IMG/VR virus record: IMGVR_UViG_2671180673_000011 | Span: 1-37,210 of that record | Source: a virus | Taxonomy: Duplodnaviria; Heunggongvirae; Uroviricota; Caudoviricetes | Strand: one strand, 5' to 3' | Length of the DNA: 37,210 bases | Shown here: in pieces, positions 27,788 to 37,210 of the stretch | Numbering within the stretch: the stretch's first letter is position 1 | Layout: each line of letters opens with the position of its first letter | Made by a program: the position numbers and the translations under genes | The notes under the pieces: model-generated | Database searches by the model: none | What the model was told of the DNA's origin: nothing | The model's input: only the letters and a program-made list of their open reading frames with translations

Positions 27788-30160
27788 TTAATACAGGTTC
27801 CGCCACTGATCATCTTCCTGCAAACGCTGGTTCCGATAGAAGATACGCAGGCCTGCTCCTGACGGAATACTGCCTCCGCGAAGGAGTAAATCGACCTCTT
27901 TCTCGCTGCCATCAAATCCTCTGGACTTCAGCTCATACACGAGCTGCAGTCGCTGATGGTCTGTAATTCGCTGTTTGTAGTCTTTACGCCGTTTCGGTTT
28001 CACCAGGCGTAACCTTGCTGCCAGTTCCCGGCGCTCTTTTTTGCTCATACTGTGCAGGTAATCGTGCAACTCCTTGTCATCCATGCTGGTAATGTCCGTT
28101 CTGGGGTTCCCATCAGCTGATTTATCTTTCTCCTGTTGGTTCAAATTTTCAGCAAGGGGACAGTTATTGCCACGAGTCCAAGGGGCGCAAGCGCCCTGGT
28201 CGGCTGCCGCCTCCTGAACGTCAACGGCCTTACGAACCATTTTCCACTTCACTGCATGAGTGCAGATCTTGCCCTCTGCAATGGGTGACCAGATGCCATA
28301 AATACGAATACCGTGATCGCCATAGGCGGTTGGCTCTTCGTTGATTTCATAAGCGGTTCTGATGAGGTGATATTTGCGGGGAACCAGTACGCCGCCCTGC
28401 TTCATGATGTAGGTGGCAAAACAACCAGCATCAGCAGCAGCCAGGATGGCATCAAGGCGCGGGTTATCCAGTACCGGCGCACCTGCTTTTTTGTCACCCT
28501 GTTGCCTTGCCGCCTGACCAGCCAGCAATCGCAGTTCACGGTAAGCCTGACGCCCCGGAATGCCAAAGAAGCGGAATTGCTGAACACGATGCAGAGACGC
28601 CCAGGCATTAACGTATTCAGCGTTATCACGCAGGGATTTACCCGTTTCCTTACTGATCTCGCCAGCCAAACCACGCCCGTCAATATTCTTACTGATATAT
28701 TTCGCAATGTAGCTTGTCGGCGTTCCTTTGCGCGGGTTTATCAGCTCAGACTTAAAGCGTGGCCCCGTGTTATTGCCCAGCTCCTCGCGGTCTTCACGGA
28801 TGGCAAACTTACGCAACAATGCAGTAATGGCGCGGCGGTCTTTTTTGCGCATGAAACACAACAGGTGCCAGTGAACTGTGCCGTCATGATGCGGCTCAGC
28901 CACCCGCACGCCATACCAGCGCAACCCGGCTTTGTGCATAGCCTTACGAAATGCAGCAAACATGCCGACCAGATAATCGCTGCTTTGTCTTACTGTCGCG
29001 TTGGTCCAGGTCGGGTTTGGCCTGCCGTTATTTAGCGTGGAATGGAAACGTGACGGACAGGTGATGGTGTAGAAAACGGCGCAGTCACCACGCATTTCCG
29101 CGATAAGCTCCAGGCCTTTAACACAGGCCATCATCTCATTGCGGCGATGCGCCGGGTTGCTGCTGCTGGCGTTTACCACATCCTCCATGTCCAGCGTGTC
29201 GCCGTCTTCGTTCACCAGTTCATGAGAACGGAAAAACTCCAGCGACTTACGGCGCTGCTCACGTTTATGCATCACGGCTTCATAGCTGACATAAGGAGAT
29301 GCTTTTTTGCTGACCAGGCAGACAGCGCGCAACTGCTCTTCCCGCCATTCGCAACGCATCTTCCATAATTTCCGGTACCACCAGTCGGCGCACAACATAC
29401 GCGCCAGCGAACCCGGAATGAGTTCATAGGGCACGGGTTTACGGCGGTTTCTTTTCCGACGGAGTTGCTCAAACGCAGGCGGGATAACATCCAGACGCAG
29501 GGTTTCCGCTGCCACCTTTTCCCATGTCTTGCGGATTTCTTCTGGCTTAACGTCATCGGTGGCATACAAATCACCACAAGCTGCATCAAGGCACATGCTC
29601 ATATGCGCAGCGACAAGGGTAGACAGGCGCTTCACCTGATCCTGACTCATTTCAGGCAGGATAAGCAGGCCATCCAGCCCTTCATGGCTTGCCATAAAGC
29701 GAAAAGAAGCGGATAGCTGACTGTCGCGTACATGCTCCAGTCGTTCCAGACATGGCTTAATCGTCTCACGCAAATAGCGGGAATAAGCCTTTGGCCTGCC
29801 CAGGCTGCTGAAGTATTCAATACGTTGCATCAGCGGCTTGCTGATATGGGAAGGCTGGGCATTGACGTCCGCCAGAATGACCATATCTGGATTAAAACGC
29901 TGCTGCTCATGCGCCAGCTTTGCCCGACTAATGAGCTTATCCTGCTCCATTTCGCGCTGGACAGGATCACGGGATTCATTAAAGAAATAACGCTCCCAGA
30001 CCTGATCACTCAGTACCTCGCGGCGCAGGTGTTCCTGTTCGTTATCGGCAGCGTACAGAGCGATCAGGTTTGAAAGCGCAGAAACTGAAGATTGCTCTTC
30101 TGTCCCTACGTAAGGATTGATTGCTTTTTTCTCAGCATTCCAGGAATAGCTGTAGTTCAT
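27788..30160 (-). CDS. A: replication initiation endonuclease A
   Basis: Large ORF of P2 gpA type; start placed at ATG 30160 (MNYSYSWN) with GGAG upstream, overlapping the upstream stop as TAATG. Confidence 0.85.
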   Translation of the reverse strand: MNYSYSWNAEKKAINPYVGTEEQSSVSALSNLIALYAADNEQEHLRREVLSDQVWERYFFNESRDPVQREMEQDKLISRAKLAHEQQRFNPDMVILADVNAQPSHISKPLMQRIEYFSSLGRPKAYSRYLRETIKPCLERLEHVRDSQLSASFRFMASHEGLDGLLILPEMSQDQVKRLSTLVAAHMSMCLDAACGDLYATDDVKPEEIRKTWEKVAAETLRLDVIPPAFEQLRRKRNRRKPVPYELIPGSLARMLCADWWYRKLWKMRCEWREEQLRAVCLVSKKASPYVSYEAVMHKREQRRKSLEFFRSHELVNEDGDTLDMEDVVNASSSNPAHRRNEMMACVKGLELIAEMRGDCAVFYTITCPSRFHSTLNNGRPNPTWTNATVRQSSDYLVGMFAAFRKAMHKAGLRWYGVRVAEPHHDGTVHWHLLCFMRKKDRRAITALLRKFAIREDREELGNNTGPRFKSELINPRKGTPTSYIAKYISKNIDGRGLAGEISKETGKSLRDNAEYVNAWASLHRVQQFRFFGIPGRQAYRELRLLAGQAARQQGDKKAGAPVLDNPRLDAILAAADAGCFATYIMKQGGVLVPRKYHLIRTAYEINEEPTAYGDHGIRIYGIWSPIAEGKICTHAVKWKMVRKAVDVQEAAADQGACAPWTRGNNCPLAENLNQQEKDKSADGNPRTDITSMDDKELHDYLHSMSKKERRELAARLRLVKPKRRKDYKQRITDHQRLQLVYELKSRGFDGSEKEVDLLLRGGSIPSGAGLRIFYRNQRLQEDDQWRNLY

Positions 30161-30990
30161 TACGCAATCTCCAGTTCGAGCTGTGATGGCTGCAAACCAT
30201 TCGACAGCCAATCAGAAACTGAAGGTGGGCGAACAGCTTCAATTGCACCTTTTAAAATTGCGCAACGGTTTTTCAGAATGACAGCTTTCAGCTCCTTTTC
30301 CGTCAGATTGCGCGAATACTCAGCCTCCTGAATAGCCCGCGTAAGCTCAGGATATTTGCTATTAAATTTGGGGACATTGCAGGCAAGATTTGTACTGTCG
30401 GCAGTCGCCAGTGGGTAATTTCCCAACACACGACCGTCAAGCATGCGCAAACCATGAACAGCTGTTTTGAAATTGTGTCGGCAATAAATTGCTTCAAAAG
30501 CGTCCTGCATACGACGATGCCAGTGCGCAGTTCTGATAGCCGCATATTCACCAGACGATCCAAAGCAGACACGAGGCCATTCACGACATAGCTCGATAAG
30601 CCGATCGATTGACTCGTGCAGATGCCAGACGGGAGTTGCCTTCCCGTAGAACATTTTCGGAACTTCGTTTATCAGGGCATCATTGCCACGTTCACCGCCG
30701 TCCACAACATCAGGAATGACAAAAAAAGCGACCTTAGGATGGTGGTAATAGTTCAGGAGCCATTTATAAAAATCACTCCAGTTAATTTTTAGCCCACGCA
30801 CCCATGCAGAAAATGCGCCGTTATCAATGCCGACGACCTGAGCGTGCTGAATGGACGCCGCAATCTGATCTGGTCGTACATAGGAGACGAAAGCGCCAGC
30901 TCCGCTCACCGCAATACGATGAACGTCGCCAGCACTTCCCCAGACAGGCGTCCCATGGAAATGATGAATTCCGTGGTGCATTTCTTTCAC
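30160..30990 (-). CDS. hypothetical protein coupled to Dam; possible TGT/DpdA-like fold (speculative)
   Basis: 276 aa, GTG start overlapping the Dam stop; HG-TPV and GIDNGAFS loosely recall tRNA-guanine transglycosylase motifs, but no Zn-binding Cys cluster. Confidence 0.5.
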   Translation of the reverse strand: MKEMHHGIHHFHGTPVWGSAGDVHRIAVSGAGAFVSYVRPDQIAASIQHAQVVGIDNGAFSAWVRGLKINWSDFYKWLLNYYHHPKVAFFVIPDVVDGGERGNDALINEVPKMFYGKATPVWHLHESIDRLIELCREWPRVCFGSSGEYAAIRTAHWHRRMQDAFEAIYCRHNFKTAVHGLRMLDGRVLGNYPLATADSTNLACNVPKFNSKYPELTRAIQEAEYSRNLTEKELKAVILKNRCAILKGAIEAVRPPSVSDWLSNGLQPSQLELEIA

Positions 30991-31841
30991 ACTTGCACCC
31001 CGAAAATAACAGTAGAGTCACGTCCCCTACTAAAATCGGCACTAAACCAATTAGCAGATTTAGTGGCAATCATCTCTGTTGCAAATTTTCCCTCCCCCGC
31101 TGCAACGCCGATGCTGCGTTTCGCCCTGATGTAGTGGTGAGTGAAATTACGATAAAGAGACCGGGTCAAAGACGTGTCACTGTTAGAAACAATGACCGGA
31201 TGTCCTTCAGATGCTCGATGTTCAAGAACGGATGCCAGGTGATACTGGTCATCTTCAGTGAAACCATCAGTGTGATAGCCGGAAAACGTACCGTCATACG
31301 GCGGATCGCAATACACCACATCCCCCGCCTTCAACATCGCCAGCGTTTCATCAAAGCTGGCGCAGATAAACGTTGCCCGCTGGGCTTTTTCTGCAAATGC
31401 GCGAATTTCTTTTTCAGGGAAATACGGATTTTTATAATTACCGTAGGGAATGTTGAAATGCCCGCTCTTGTTATAGCGACATAAACCACGGTAACCGTGA
31501 CGATTGAGATACAGGAAATATACCGCTTTCATGAAATCAGTAATTTCAGTGGAGTAATTAAACTCCTGCCTTATGTTATAATAAGCCACCTCCCTGTTTG
31601 CGATCTCAAATAAAACTCTGGCGCGAGATATAAACGATTCACAATCAGCGGCAACCTTTTTATAGAGGTTGATTAAATCAGGATTAATATCCGCAACCAG
31701 ATAGCTGGGGTAATCCGTCTCCATCATCACAGCACAGGAACCCGCGAAAGGTTCAACCAGTCGCGGGCCAGCAGGAAGGTGTTTTTTCAGTTCGGACATT
31801 ACGGCGGTTTTATTTCCCGCCCATTTCAAGATGGTGCTCAT
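30987..31841 (-). CDS. dam: DNA adenine methyltransferase, Dam family
   Basis: ILKWAGNK N-terminal motif, FAGSCAV SAM-binding motif, DPPY catalytic motif; start ATG 31841 with GGAGG Shine-Dalgarno, ATGA overlap with upstream gene. Confidence 0.9.
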   Translation of the reverse strand: MSTILKWAGNKTAVMSELKKHLPAGPRLVEPFAGSCAVMMETDYPSYLVADINPDLINLYKKVAADCESFISRARVLFEIANREVAYYNIRQEFNYSTEITDFMKAVYFLYLNRHGYRGLCRYNKSGHFNIPYGNYKNPYFPEKEIRAFAEKAQRATFICASFDETLAMLKAGDVVYCDPPYDGTFSGYHTDGFTEDDQYHLASVLEHRASEGHPVIVSNSDTSLTRSLYRNFTHHYIRAKRSIGVAAGEGKFATEMIATKSANWFSADFSRGRDSTVIFGVQV

Positions 31842-32065
31842 ACAGCACCTCCGTTGTAATGTTTGCCTTTCAGCTCTGCGATTTCCTGACATGTAATGCA
31901 AAGCTGCACACCCGGAATGGCACGGCGGCGTGCTGGCGGAATTGGCGCTTCACACTCAACGCAAAGCACGCGGGACACGCCCGGCGTTTTGGCACGGGCA
32001 GCACGGATATGGCGCTGGCGTTCTTCTTCAACGCGCTGCTGTACGAGATCCATTGCATCAGCCAT
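31838..32065 (-). CDS. TraR/DksA-family C4 zinc-finger protein
   Basis: 75 aa with CVECEAPIPPARRRAIPGVQLCITC (CxxC...CxxC). Confidence 0.75.
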   Translation of the reverse strand: MADAMDLVQQRVEEERQRHIRAARAKTPGVSRVLCVECEAPIPPARRRAIPGVQLCITCQEIAELKGKHYNGGAV

Positions 32066-32304
32066 TAGTGGATCTCCTGCGCTTCGTTCTGGATTGCTTC
32101 AGCAGTCACACGCAGCAGTTCTGCCGCTTCCACGTGGTTTAGCTGACGGGATGAGATATGACACGCCAGGCTATCAAGGCGAGCTGCCATTGCTTCAGCC
32201 CTTGCCCGGCGTTCTTCCAGACGAGCCTCTGTCAGTAAAATATTAAGCCCTGCGTCATCCGGTCCGGTTTTAGTCGTGAGGGTTTCAATATTACGCATAA
32301 TCAA
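32065..32304 (-). CDS. hypothetical early protein
   Basis: 79-aa ORF in the early operon, coding-strand continuity with neighbours. Confidence 0.55.
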   Translation of the reverse strand: MIMRNIETLTTKTGPDDAGLNILLTEARLEERRARAEAMAARLDSLACHISSRQLNHVEAAELLRVTAEAIQNEAQEIH

Positions 32305-32365
32305 TTCTCCTGAATTTAGATAAAGGGATGCCCGGCGGGTTTACGCCATTAATTTCATTAGTTGG

Positions 32366-32707
32366 TTAATTCGGCATGGTTAGCCGTCTGGGAAATAAGC
32401 TCACCACTGCACGAAAATGATTCATTGCTTTAATCAGCTCCCGCTTTTCGTCAGTGGTCAGCTCATTAATGCTGATGCTATGACGTTCAGCTGGAATTTT
32501 TGCCATAAAGAATATGGCAGCCAGTGCTCGTTTATTTTGTTCATTATTGATATCCCGTGGATCACGCATATCTTTAATAAACCGCTCAAGCTCTGACTCA
32601 ATATTCAGGCCAAAAACTTTCGCCCTTAACTCCGCAATGTGATTAAGTCCATTCAGGCGTTCACCGGGGCTTAATGGAACAGTTGCCGCAGCGCCTTCAA
32701 TAGCCAT
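32366..32707 (-). CDS. hypothetical early protein
   Basis: 113-aa ORF in the early operon. Confidence 0.55.
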   Translation of the reverse strand: MAIEGAAATVPLSPGERLNGLNHIAELRAKVFGLNIESELERFIKDMRDPRDINNEQNKRALAAIFFMAKIPAERHSISINELTTDEKRELIKAMNHFRAVVSLFPRRLTMPN

Positions 32708-32871
32708 TTGTTCCCCCGTTTTTTCGTAGATAGTTCTGCCAGCAATTCATCCTGTGAACGGCACGGATGCCAGCGTTTACCATCCTCCCCCATGATCCAG
32801 CCGTGACCGTAGTGCATTGCCGGGCTTTGTTTTACCAGCAGCGATGCAAATGATGGTTCTTTCGTCAGCAT
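32671..32871 (-). CDS. hypothetical early protein
   Basis: 66 aa from internal ATG 32871 with GAGGTG Shine-Dalgarno just after the CII stop. Confidence 0.45.
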   Translation of the reverse strand: MLTKEPSFASLLVKQSPAMHYGHGWIMGEDGKRWHPCRSQDELLAELSTKKRGNKWLLKALRQLFH

Positions 32872-32878
32872 AAGCACC

Positions 32879-33388
32879 TCACAGCAAACCGAATGAAGCA
32901 CCGAGGCCAGTAACGGTATCAACTGCACTCGCCATCGCAGGATTAGCCTGTAAACGGGCCTGCAATGAAACAGCGGCCAGCGCCATCAGCCGTGTTACAG
33001 AGTTAATGCTGCTGATAGCATCACGACGACCTGCACTGGTTTTTACATCGCCGGATACCGCACCTGCAGCAACACGCCCGATCTCTGCGGTTGCACTCAT
33101 GACATAATGCGGCAGTTTCTCTTTTGCCACCTCATTAATCGGTACACATGGCAGGCAGTGAATCTGTGCCAGAAAGCCATCTACCAGCGTTGAATCTTCA
33201 GTCAGATCGGTAAGCAACCAGATTTCTGGTGCGGTTAATAAATGAGGTTGAGCTGGGTTCAGCTTGTTCCGCAGAATCTGTACATTCATGCCTGCACGTT
33301 CTGCCAGTTGCACCAGGTTGTGGCGCAGTGCGAATGCACGACAAGCTTCGTCAAAATGTGGATGTTTGGAAACTTGGTAATCAAACAT
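32879..33388 (-). CDS. cII: CII-like lysogeny-establishment regulator (186 type)
   Basis: 169 aa from ATG 33388 ([24 protein letters not shown]...); same length and position as 186 CII as I recall. Confidence 0.7.
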   Translation of the reverse strand: MFDYQVSKHPHFDEACRAFALRHNLVQLAERAGMNVQILRNKLNPAQPHLLTAPEIWLLTDLTEDSTLVDGFLAQIHCLPCVPINEVAKEKLPHYVMSATAEIGRVAAGAVSGDVKTSAGRRDAISSINSVTRLMALAAVSLQARLQANPAMASAVDTVTGLGASFGLL

Positions 33389-33420
33389 AGTCGACACCCC
33401 TGATGTATCCCAAAATGGAA

Positions 33421-33642
33421 CTAGTTGAATACAACATTGCAATCAGTAAGTGCATCAACGGTAAGAGCAGCAAGGTTGATCATTACCTTTTCTCTTTTCT
33501 TGTCTTTCCGAAGGCGATGGCGAGGGATGCGACCATCAGCCAGCATATCGTTGATGGTGTCGATAGAAAGACCAGTAAGTTCGCTATAACGCTCAATTGT
33601 GACATGTGGCGTATTCAGAGTTATTGAAATGTTAGGGGTCAT
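33421..33642 (-). CDS. apl: Apl/Cox-like excisionase-repressor
   Basis: 73-aa basic protein ([26 protein letters not shown]...) divergent from cI. Confidence 0.6.
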   Translation of the reverse strand: MTPNISITLNTPHVTIERYSELTGLSIDTINDMLADGRIPRHRLRKDKKREKVMINLAALTVDALTDCNVVFN

Positions 33643-33737
33643 GATGCAACATCTCCTATTGGCTTGTGGTGAGCCTGTAGTAATCGTGACAAGTACCCAA
33701 ATGGGGACAAAATTGATACTAGGATCGCAAAAGAGAT
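33643..33737. promoter_or_regulatory. lysis-lysogeny switch region (divergent apl and cI promoters)
   Basis: 95-bp AT-rich intergenic region between divergent apl and cI. Confidence 0.4.
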
Positions 33738-34334
33738 ATGTCAACATCAAAGTACCCAAATGAGATCAAAATAAATCCCAATAAAGGTGGTAAGGCTGCG
33801 ATTGAGCGATTAGTCGAAGCTTATGGCTTTACGACACGACAGGCTTTAGCTGATCACTTGGAAGTATCAAAAAGCACTCTGGCGAACAGGTATTTGCGGG
33901 ATACGTTTCCTGCAGACTGGATAATCCAATGTGCTCTTGAAACAGGAACCTCACTGAAATGGTTAACCACCGGGCAAGGCCTTAAGCAAAGCTCGCTGAC
34001 AGCAGCTACAGAAGAGCTTGCCAAGTTTCGCCTTACCGCAGGCAAAATGATTGAAGATGGTTCATATGTCTTCGATTCATCATTTCTTCCTGCAAATCTT
34101 TCATCACCAATTGTTATTCAGGATGGGCTCGTCACATACATTTGTGATCAAAAATTTTCTGAAGTACTTGATGGGCACTGGTTAATCAACATCGACGGAA
34201 CCTATTCCATTCGAAAAATCACAAAGCTTCCAAAAGGTATGATTAAAATTACAAGTACAGAGAATAGCTTTGAATGTGCATTTTCTGATATTGAAGTAGT
34301 TGCTTGTATAAGAAGTACAATAGTTTCAAATTAA
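33738..34334 (+). CDS. cI: CI immunity repressor (186 type)
   Basis: 198 aa with N-terminal HTH (FTTRQALADHLEVSKSTLANRY) and C-terminal domain, upstream of int. Confidence 0.8.
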   Translation: MSTSKYPNEIKINPNKGGKAAIERLVEAYGFTTRQALADHLEVSKSTLANRYLRDTFPADWIIQCALETGTSLKWLTTGQGLKQSSLTAATEELAKFRLTAGKMIEDGSYVFDSSFLPANLSSPIVIQDGLVTYICDQKFSEVLDGHWLINIDGTYSIRKITKLPKGMIKITSTENSFECAFSDIEVVACIRSTIVSN

Positions 34335-34354
34335 TATAGTAAAAGGATTTAAAA

Positions 34355-36031
34355 ATGAATTCATTTTCCATCGTTATATTCTTATTAGCATTTCTCGCCC
34401 CCATTCTAGCTGTAATATTATTTAAGCAAAGCAAAAAACATAAAGCGGCTATAAATACCTTGACAGCTAACAACATAGCCCTTTCCAACCAACTGAAAGA
34501 AAATCAAGAAGAATTAGCACAGACTGTACGAGATCTATCAGAGCTTGAAGGACGAGCTGCGCCATTATGGCAATACGCAGAATTGCACAGCGCAGTGATG
34601 GAAGCAGAGAATAAGATAAAAAATGCAGACTCAATAGCCAGGCAAAAAATAGAAGAAGCCCAAATAAAGGCTGCTAAGACAGTAAACGAAGCAAATTATC
34701 AAGCTCAGATAAAAATAAGCAACGCTAATAGCGAAGCTATAGCAATTACTAAAGACGCTCGCGATGCACGCCTGAAAGCTAAAGAACGTCTTGATAATGC
34801 CAATAGTAAAGCAAATGAGCTGATCTCAAATGCTAATGACAATGCAGTGAAAATTATTTCCGATGCAGAAGAAAGAGCAAAAGAGATTGCTGGTTCAGCA
34901 TATGAAGCTAAAGAGTTTGCAGAAAAATATGAAGCAGTTGCCAAATCAATGAAAAATAAAATTGAAGGTTATGGTGATGAATGGATCATCCCTAACCGTA
35001 GCGTTCTCGATGAATTGGCAGAAAATTATGAGTTTACAGATGCAGGTAAGGAATTACAAAAAGCCAGGGAGTTAACAAAATCATTAATAAAAACTAATAA
35101 AGCTGCTTCGTGTGATTATGTTGAACAAAACAGGCGTAATACTGCTATCAACTTTGTTTTAGATGCCTTCAATGGAAGAGTTGACAGTATTTTATCAAAA
35201 GTCAAACACCACAATTTTGGAAAACTTTCCCAAGAGATAAAAGATGCGTTTCAACTTGTAAATTACAATGGTTCTGCCTTTAGGTCCGCAAAAATAAGTG
35301 ACATCTATCTTCAAGCTCGACTCAACGAGCTAAAATGGGGAGTTGCAGTTAATGAAATTATGCTCGAAGAAAAAGAAGAGCAAAGAAGGATTAAAGAACA
35401 ACTTCGTGAAGAGGAAAGAGCTCGTAGGGAGTATGAAAAAGCGATAAAAGAAGCTGAAAAAGAAGAGAAAGCTATTCAGCAAGCTATAAATAAAGCAACA
35501 AAAGAGCTTATGCTTGCAAATGAAGAACAACGCTTAGCTTTAGAGCAAAAAATAGCTGAACTACAGTTAAAATATGAAGAAGCTGAAGCTAAAAACCAAC
35601 GAGCTATTTCTATGGCTCAACAAACTAGATCAGGCCACGTTTATATAATTAGTAATATTGGCTCATTTGGCGAAGATGTATATAAAATTGGAATGACACG
35701 CCGCCTTGAACCACTTGATCGTGTTCGTGAACTCGGTGATGCTAGTGTTCCTTTTTCGTTCGATGTTCATGCGATGATTTATAGTGATGATGCACCATCA
35801 TTAGAAAATCATCTGCATAAAGTCTTCAACGAAAAACAGGTCAATAAAATTAACTCACGAAAAGAGTTTTTCAACGTAAATATTAAAGAAATTAAGTCTG
35901 TTATTGAAGATATGAACATCAACGCACAATGGACAATGTTTGCGGAAGCGAAAGAATATAGAGAGTCACTGGCGATTGAGCAAGAGCGCAAAGCAGCAAC
36001 TTCCGCCAACGATGAACTGCATGTTGCTTAG
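34355..36031 (+). CDS. membrane-anchored coiled-coil protein with C-terminal T5orf172/MUG113-like (GIY-YIG-like) domain
   Basis: 558 aa; N-terminal TM helix (IVIFLLAFLAPILAVILF), about 350 aa of K/E/A-rich coiled coil, then GHVYIISNIGSFGEDVYKIGMTRRLEPLDRVREL...LHKVF...EFFNV; strongly AT-rich; AAAGGA Shine-Dalgarno. Confidence 0.7.
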   Translation: MNSFSIVIFLLAFLAPILAVILFKQSKKHKAAINTLTANNIALSNQLKENQEELAQTVRDLSELEGRAAPLWQYAELHSAVMEAENKIKNADSIARQKIEEAQIKAAKTVNEANYQAQIKISNANSEAIAITKDARDARLKAKERLDNANSKANELISNANDNAVKIISDAEERAKEIAGSAYEAKEFAEKYEAVAKSMKNKIEGYGDEWIIPNRSVLDELAENYEFTDAGKELQKARELTKSLIKTNKAASCDYVEQNRRNTAINFVLDAFNGRVDSILSKVKHHNFGKLSQEIKDAFQLVNYNGSAFRSAKISDIYLQARLNELKWGVAVNEIMLEEKEEQRRIKEQLREEERARREYEKAIKEAEKEEKAIQQAINKATKELMLANEEQRLALEQKIAELQLKYEEAEAKNQRAISMAQQTRSGHVYIISNIGSFGEDVYKIGMTRRLEPLDRVRELGDASVPFSFDVHAMIYSDDAPSLENHLHKVFNEKQVNKINSRKEFFNVNIKEIKSVIEDMNINAQWTMFAEAKEYRESLAIEQERKAATSANDELHVA

Positions 36032-36090
36032 CAATGTATGTTTCATAGTAATCACACATTGATTACTGGTTGTATATACAGTTAAATTTA

Positions 36091-36114
36091 GCCCTCTGAT
36101 ATGAGGGCTTTTTT
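36091..36114 (+). terminator. rho-independent terminator abutting the int start
   Basis: GCCCTC-TGATAT-GAGGGC followed by TTTTTT, then ATG 36115. Confidence 0.5.
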
Positions 36115-36939
36115 ATGGCAGTACGAAAACTCACCACAGGAAAATGGCTTTGCGAATGTTACCCCGCCGGACGTAGTGGACGTCGTGTGCGTAAACAATT
36201 CGCCACCAAAGGCGAAGCTCTGGCTTTTGAGCGTCACACGATGGAAGAAACCGAAGCAAAGCCCTGGCTGGGTGAATCAGTGGATCGTCGAACACTGAAA
36301 GACGTGGTTGAACTATGGTTCAAACTACATGGTAAATCTCTGACAGCTGGGCAGCATGTCTATGACAAATTGCTGTTGATGGTTGACGCTCTGGGCAATC
36401 CTCTTGCAACCGATCTCACCTCTAAAATGTTTGCCCACTATCGAGATAAACGCCTGACAGGCGAGATCTACTTCAGCGAGAAATGGAAGAAAGGAGCAAG
36501 CCCGGTCACCATTAACCTGGAGCAAAGCTATCTAAGTAGTGTTTTTAGCGAACTATCCCGTCTGGGCGAATGGTCGTATCCGAACCCACTGGAGAACATG
36601 CGAAAATTCACCATCGCAGAAAAAGAGATGGCATGGCTTACCCATGAGCAGATTGTTGAATTGCTGGCTGATTGCAAACGTCAGGACCCAATTCTGGCAC
36701 TGGTAGTTAAGATATGCTTAAGCACAGGCGCACGCTGGCGTGAAGCCGTAAATCTTACTCGCTCACAGGTGACCAAATACCGAATTACCTTTGTCAGAAC
36801 GAAGTAGAAGAAAAACAGAAGCATCCCTATCAGTAAAGAGCTTTACGAAGAGATCATGGCGCTTGATGGGTTCAATTTCTTCACAGACTGCTATTTTCAA
36901 TTTTTATCAGTGATGGAAAAAACGTCTATCGTGCTCCCT

Positions 36940-36940
<1 letters not shown>
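36115..36940 (+). pseudogene. int: P2/186-type tyrosine integrase, interrupted by in-frame TAG and 3' end lost at contig end
   Basis: MAVRKLTTGKWLCECYPAGRSGRRVRKQFATKGEALAFE closely matches 186 Int; in-frame amber at 36805-36807; frame continues (KKNRSIPISKELYEEIMALDGFNFFTDCY...LPRG) until the sequence turns into poly-C. Confidence 0.8.

Positions 36941-37210
<270 letters not shown>

Overview
The window holds about 2.7 kb of Escherichia coli chromosome (grxA, ybjM, ybjL) followed by a nearly complete P2-family, 186-like prophage that runs from about 2.8 kb to the contig end. In ascending coordinates the prophage reads: ogr-like late activator; tail genes D, U, T, E/E' (-1 frameshift), FII, FI; a Gin/Pin-type invertase with a ~1.9 kb invertible tail-fibre segment; H, I, J, W, V; a reverse-strand AT-rich ORF in the S/V slot; S, R, lysC, lysB, K, holin, X, L, M, N, O; divergent terminase P and portal Q; a cos-like site; a split DinI/Tum-like SOS module with a LexA box; replication gene A; a Dam methyltransferase translationally coupled to an unknown 276-aa protein; TraR-like, CII, Apl and CI; and an integrase broken by an in-frame stop and then lost in a poly-C contig-end artefact. 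Three cargo loci stand out. The strongest candidate for an undescribed system is a two-gene module between the portal gene and cos: a HipA-like kinase core plus a HipS-like/HIRAN fusion protein. The second is a 558-aa membrane-anchored coiled-coil protein with a T5orf172-like C-terminal domain between cI and int. The third is the ORF between S and V. All calls rest on reading the sequence and on recalled family signatures; no database search was run.
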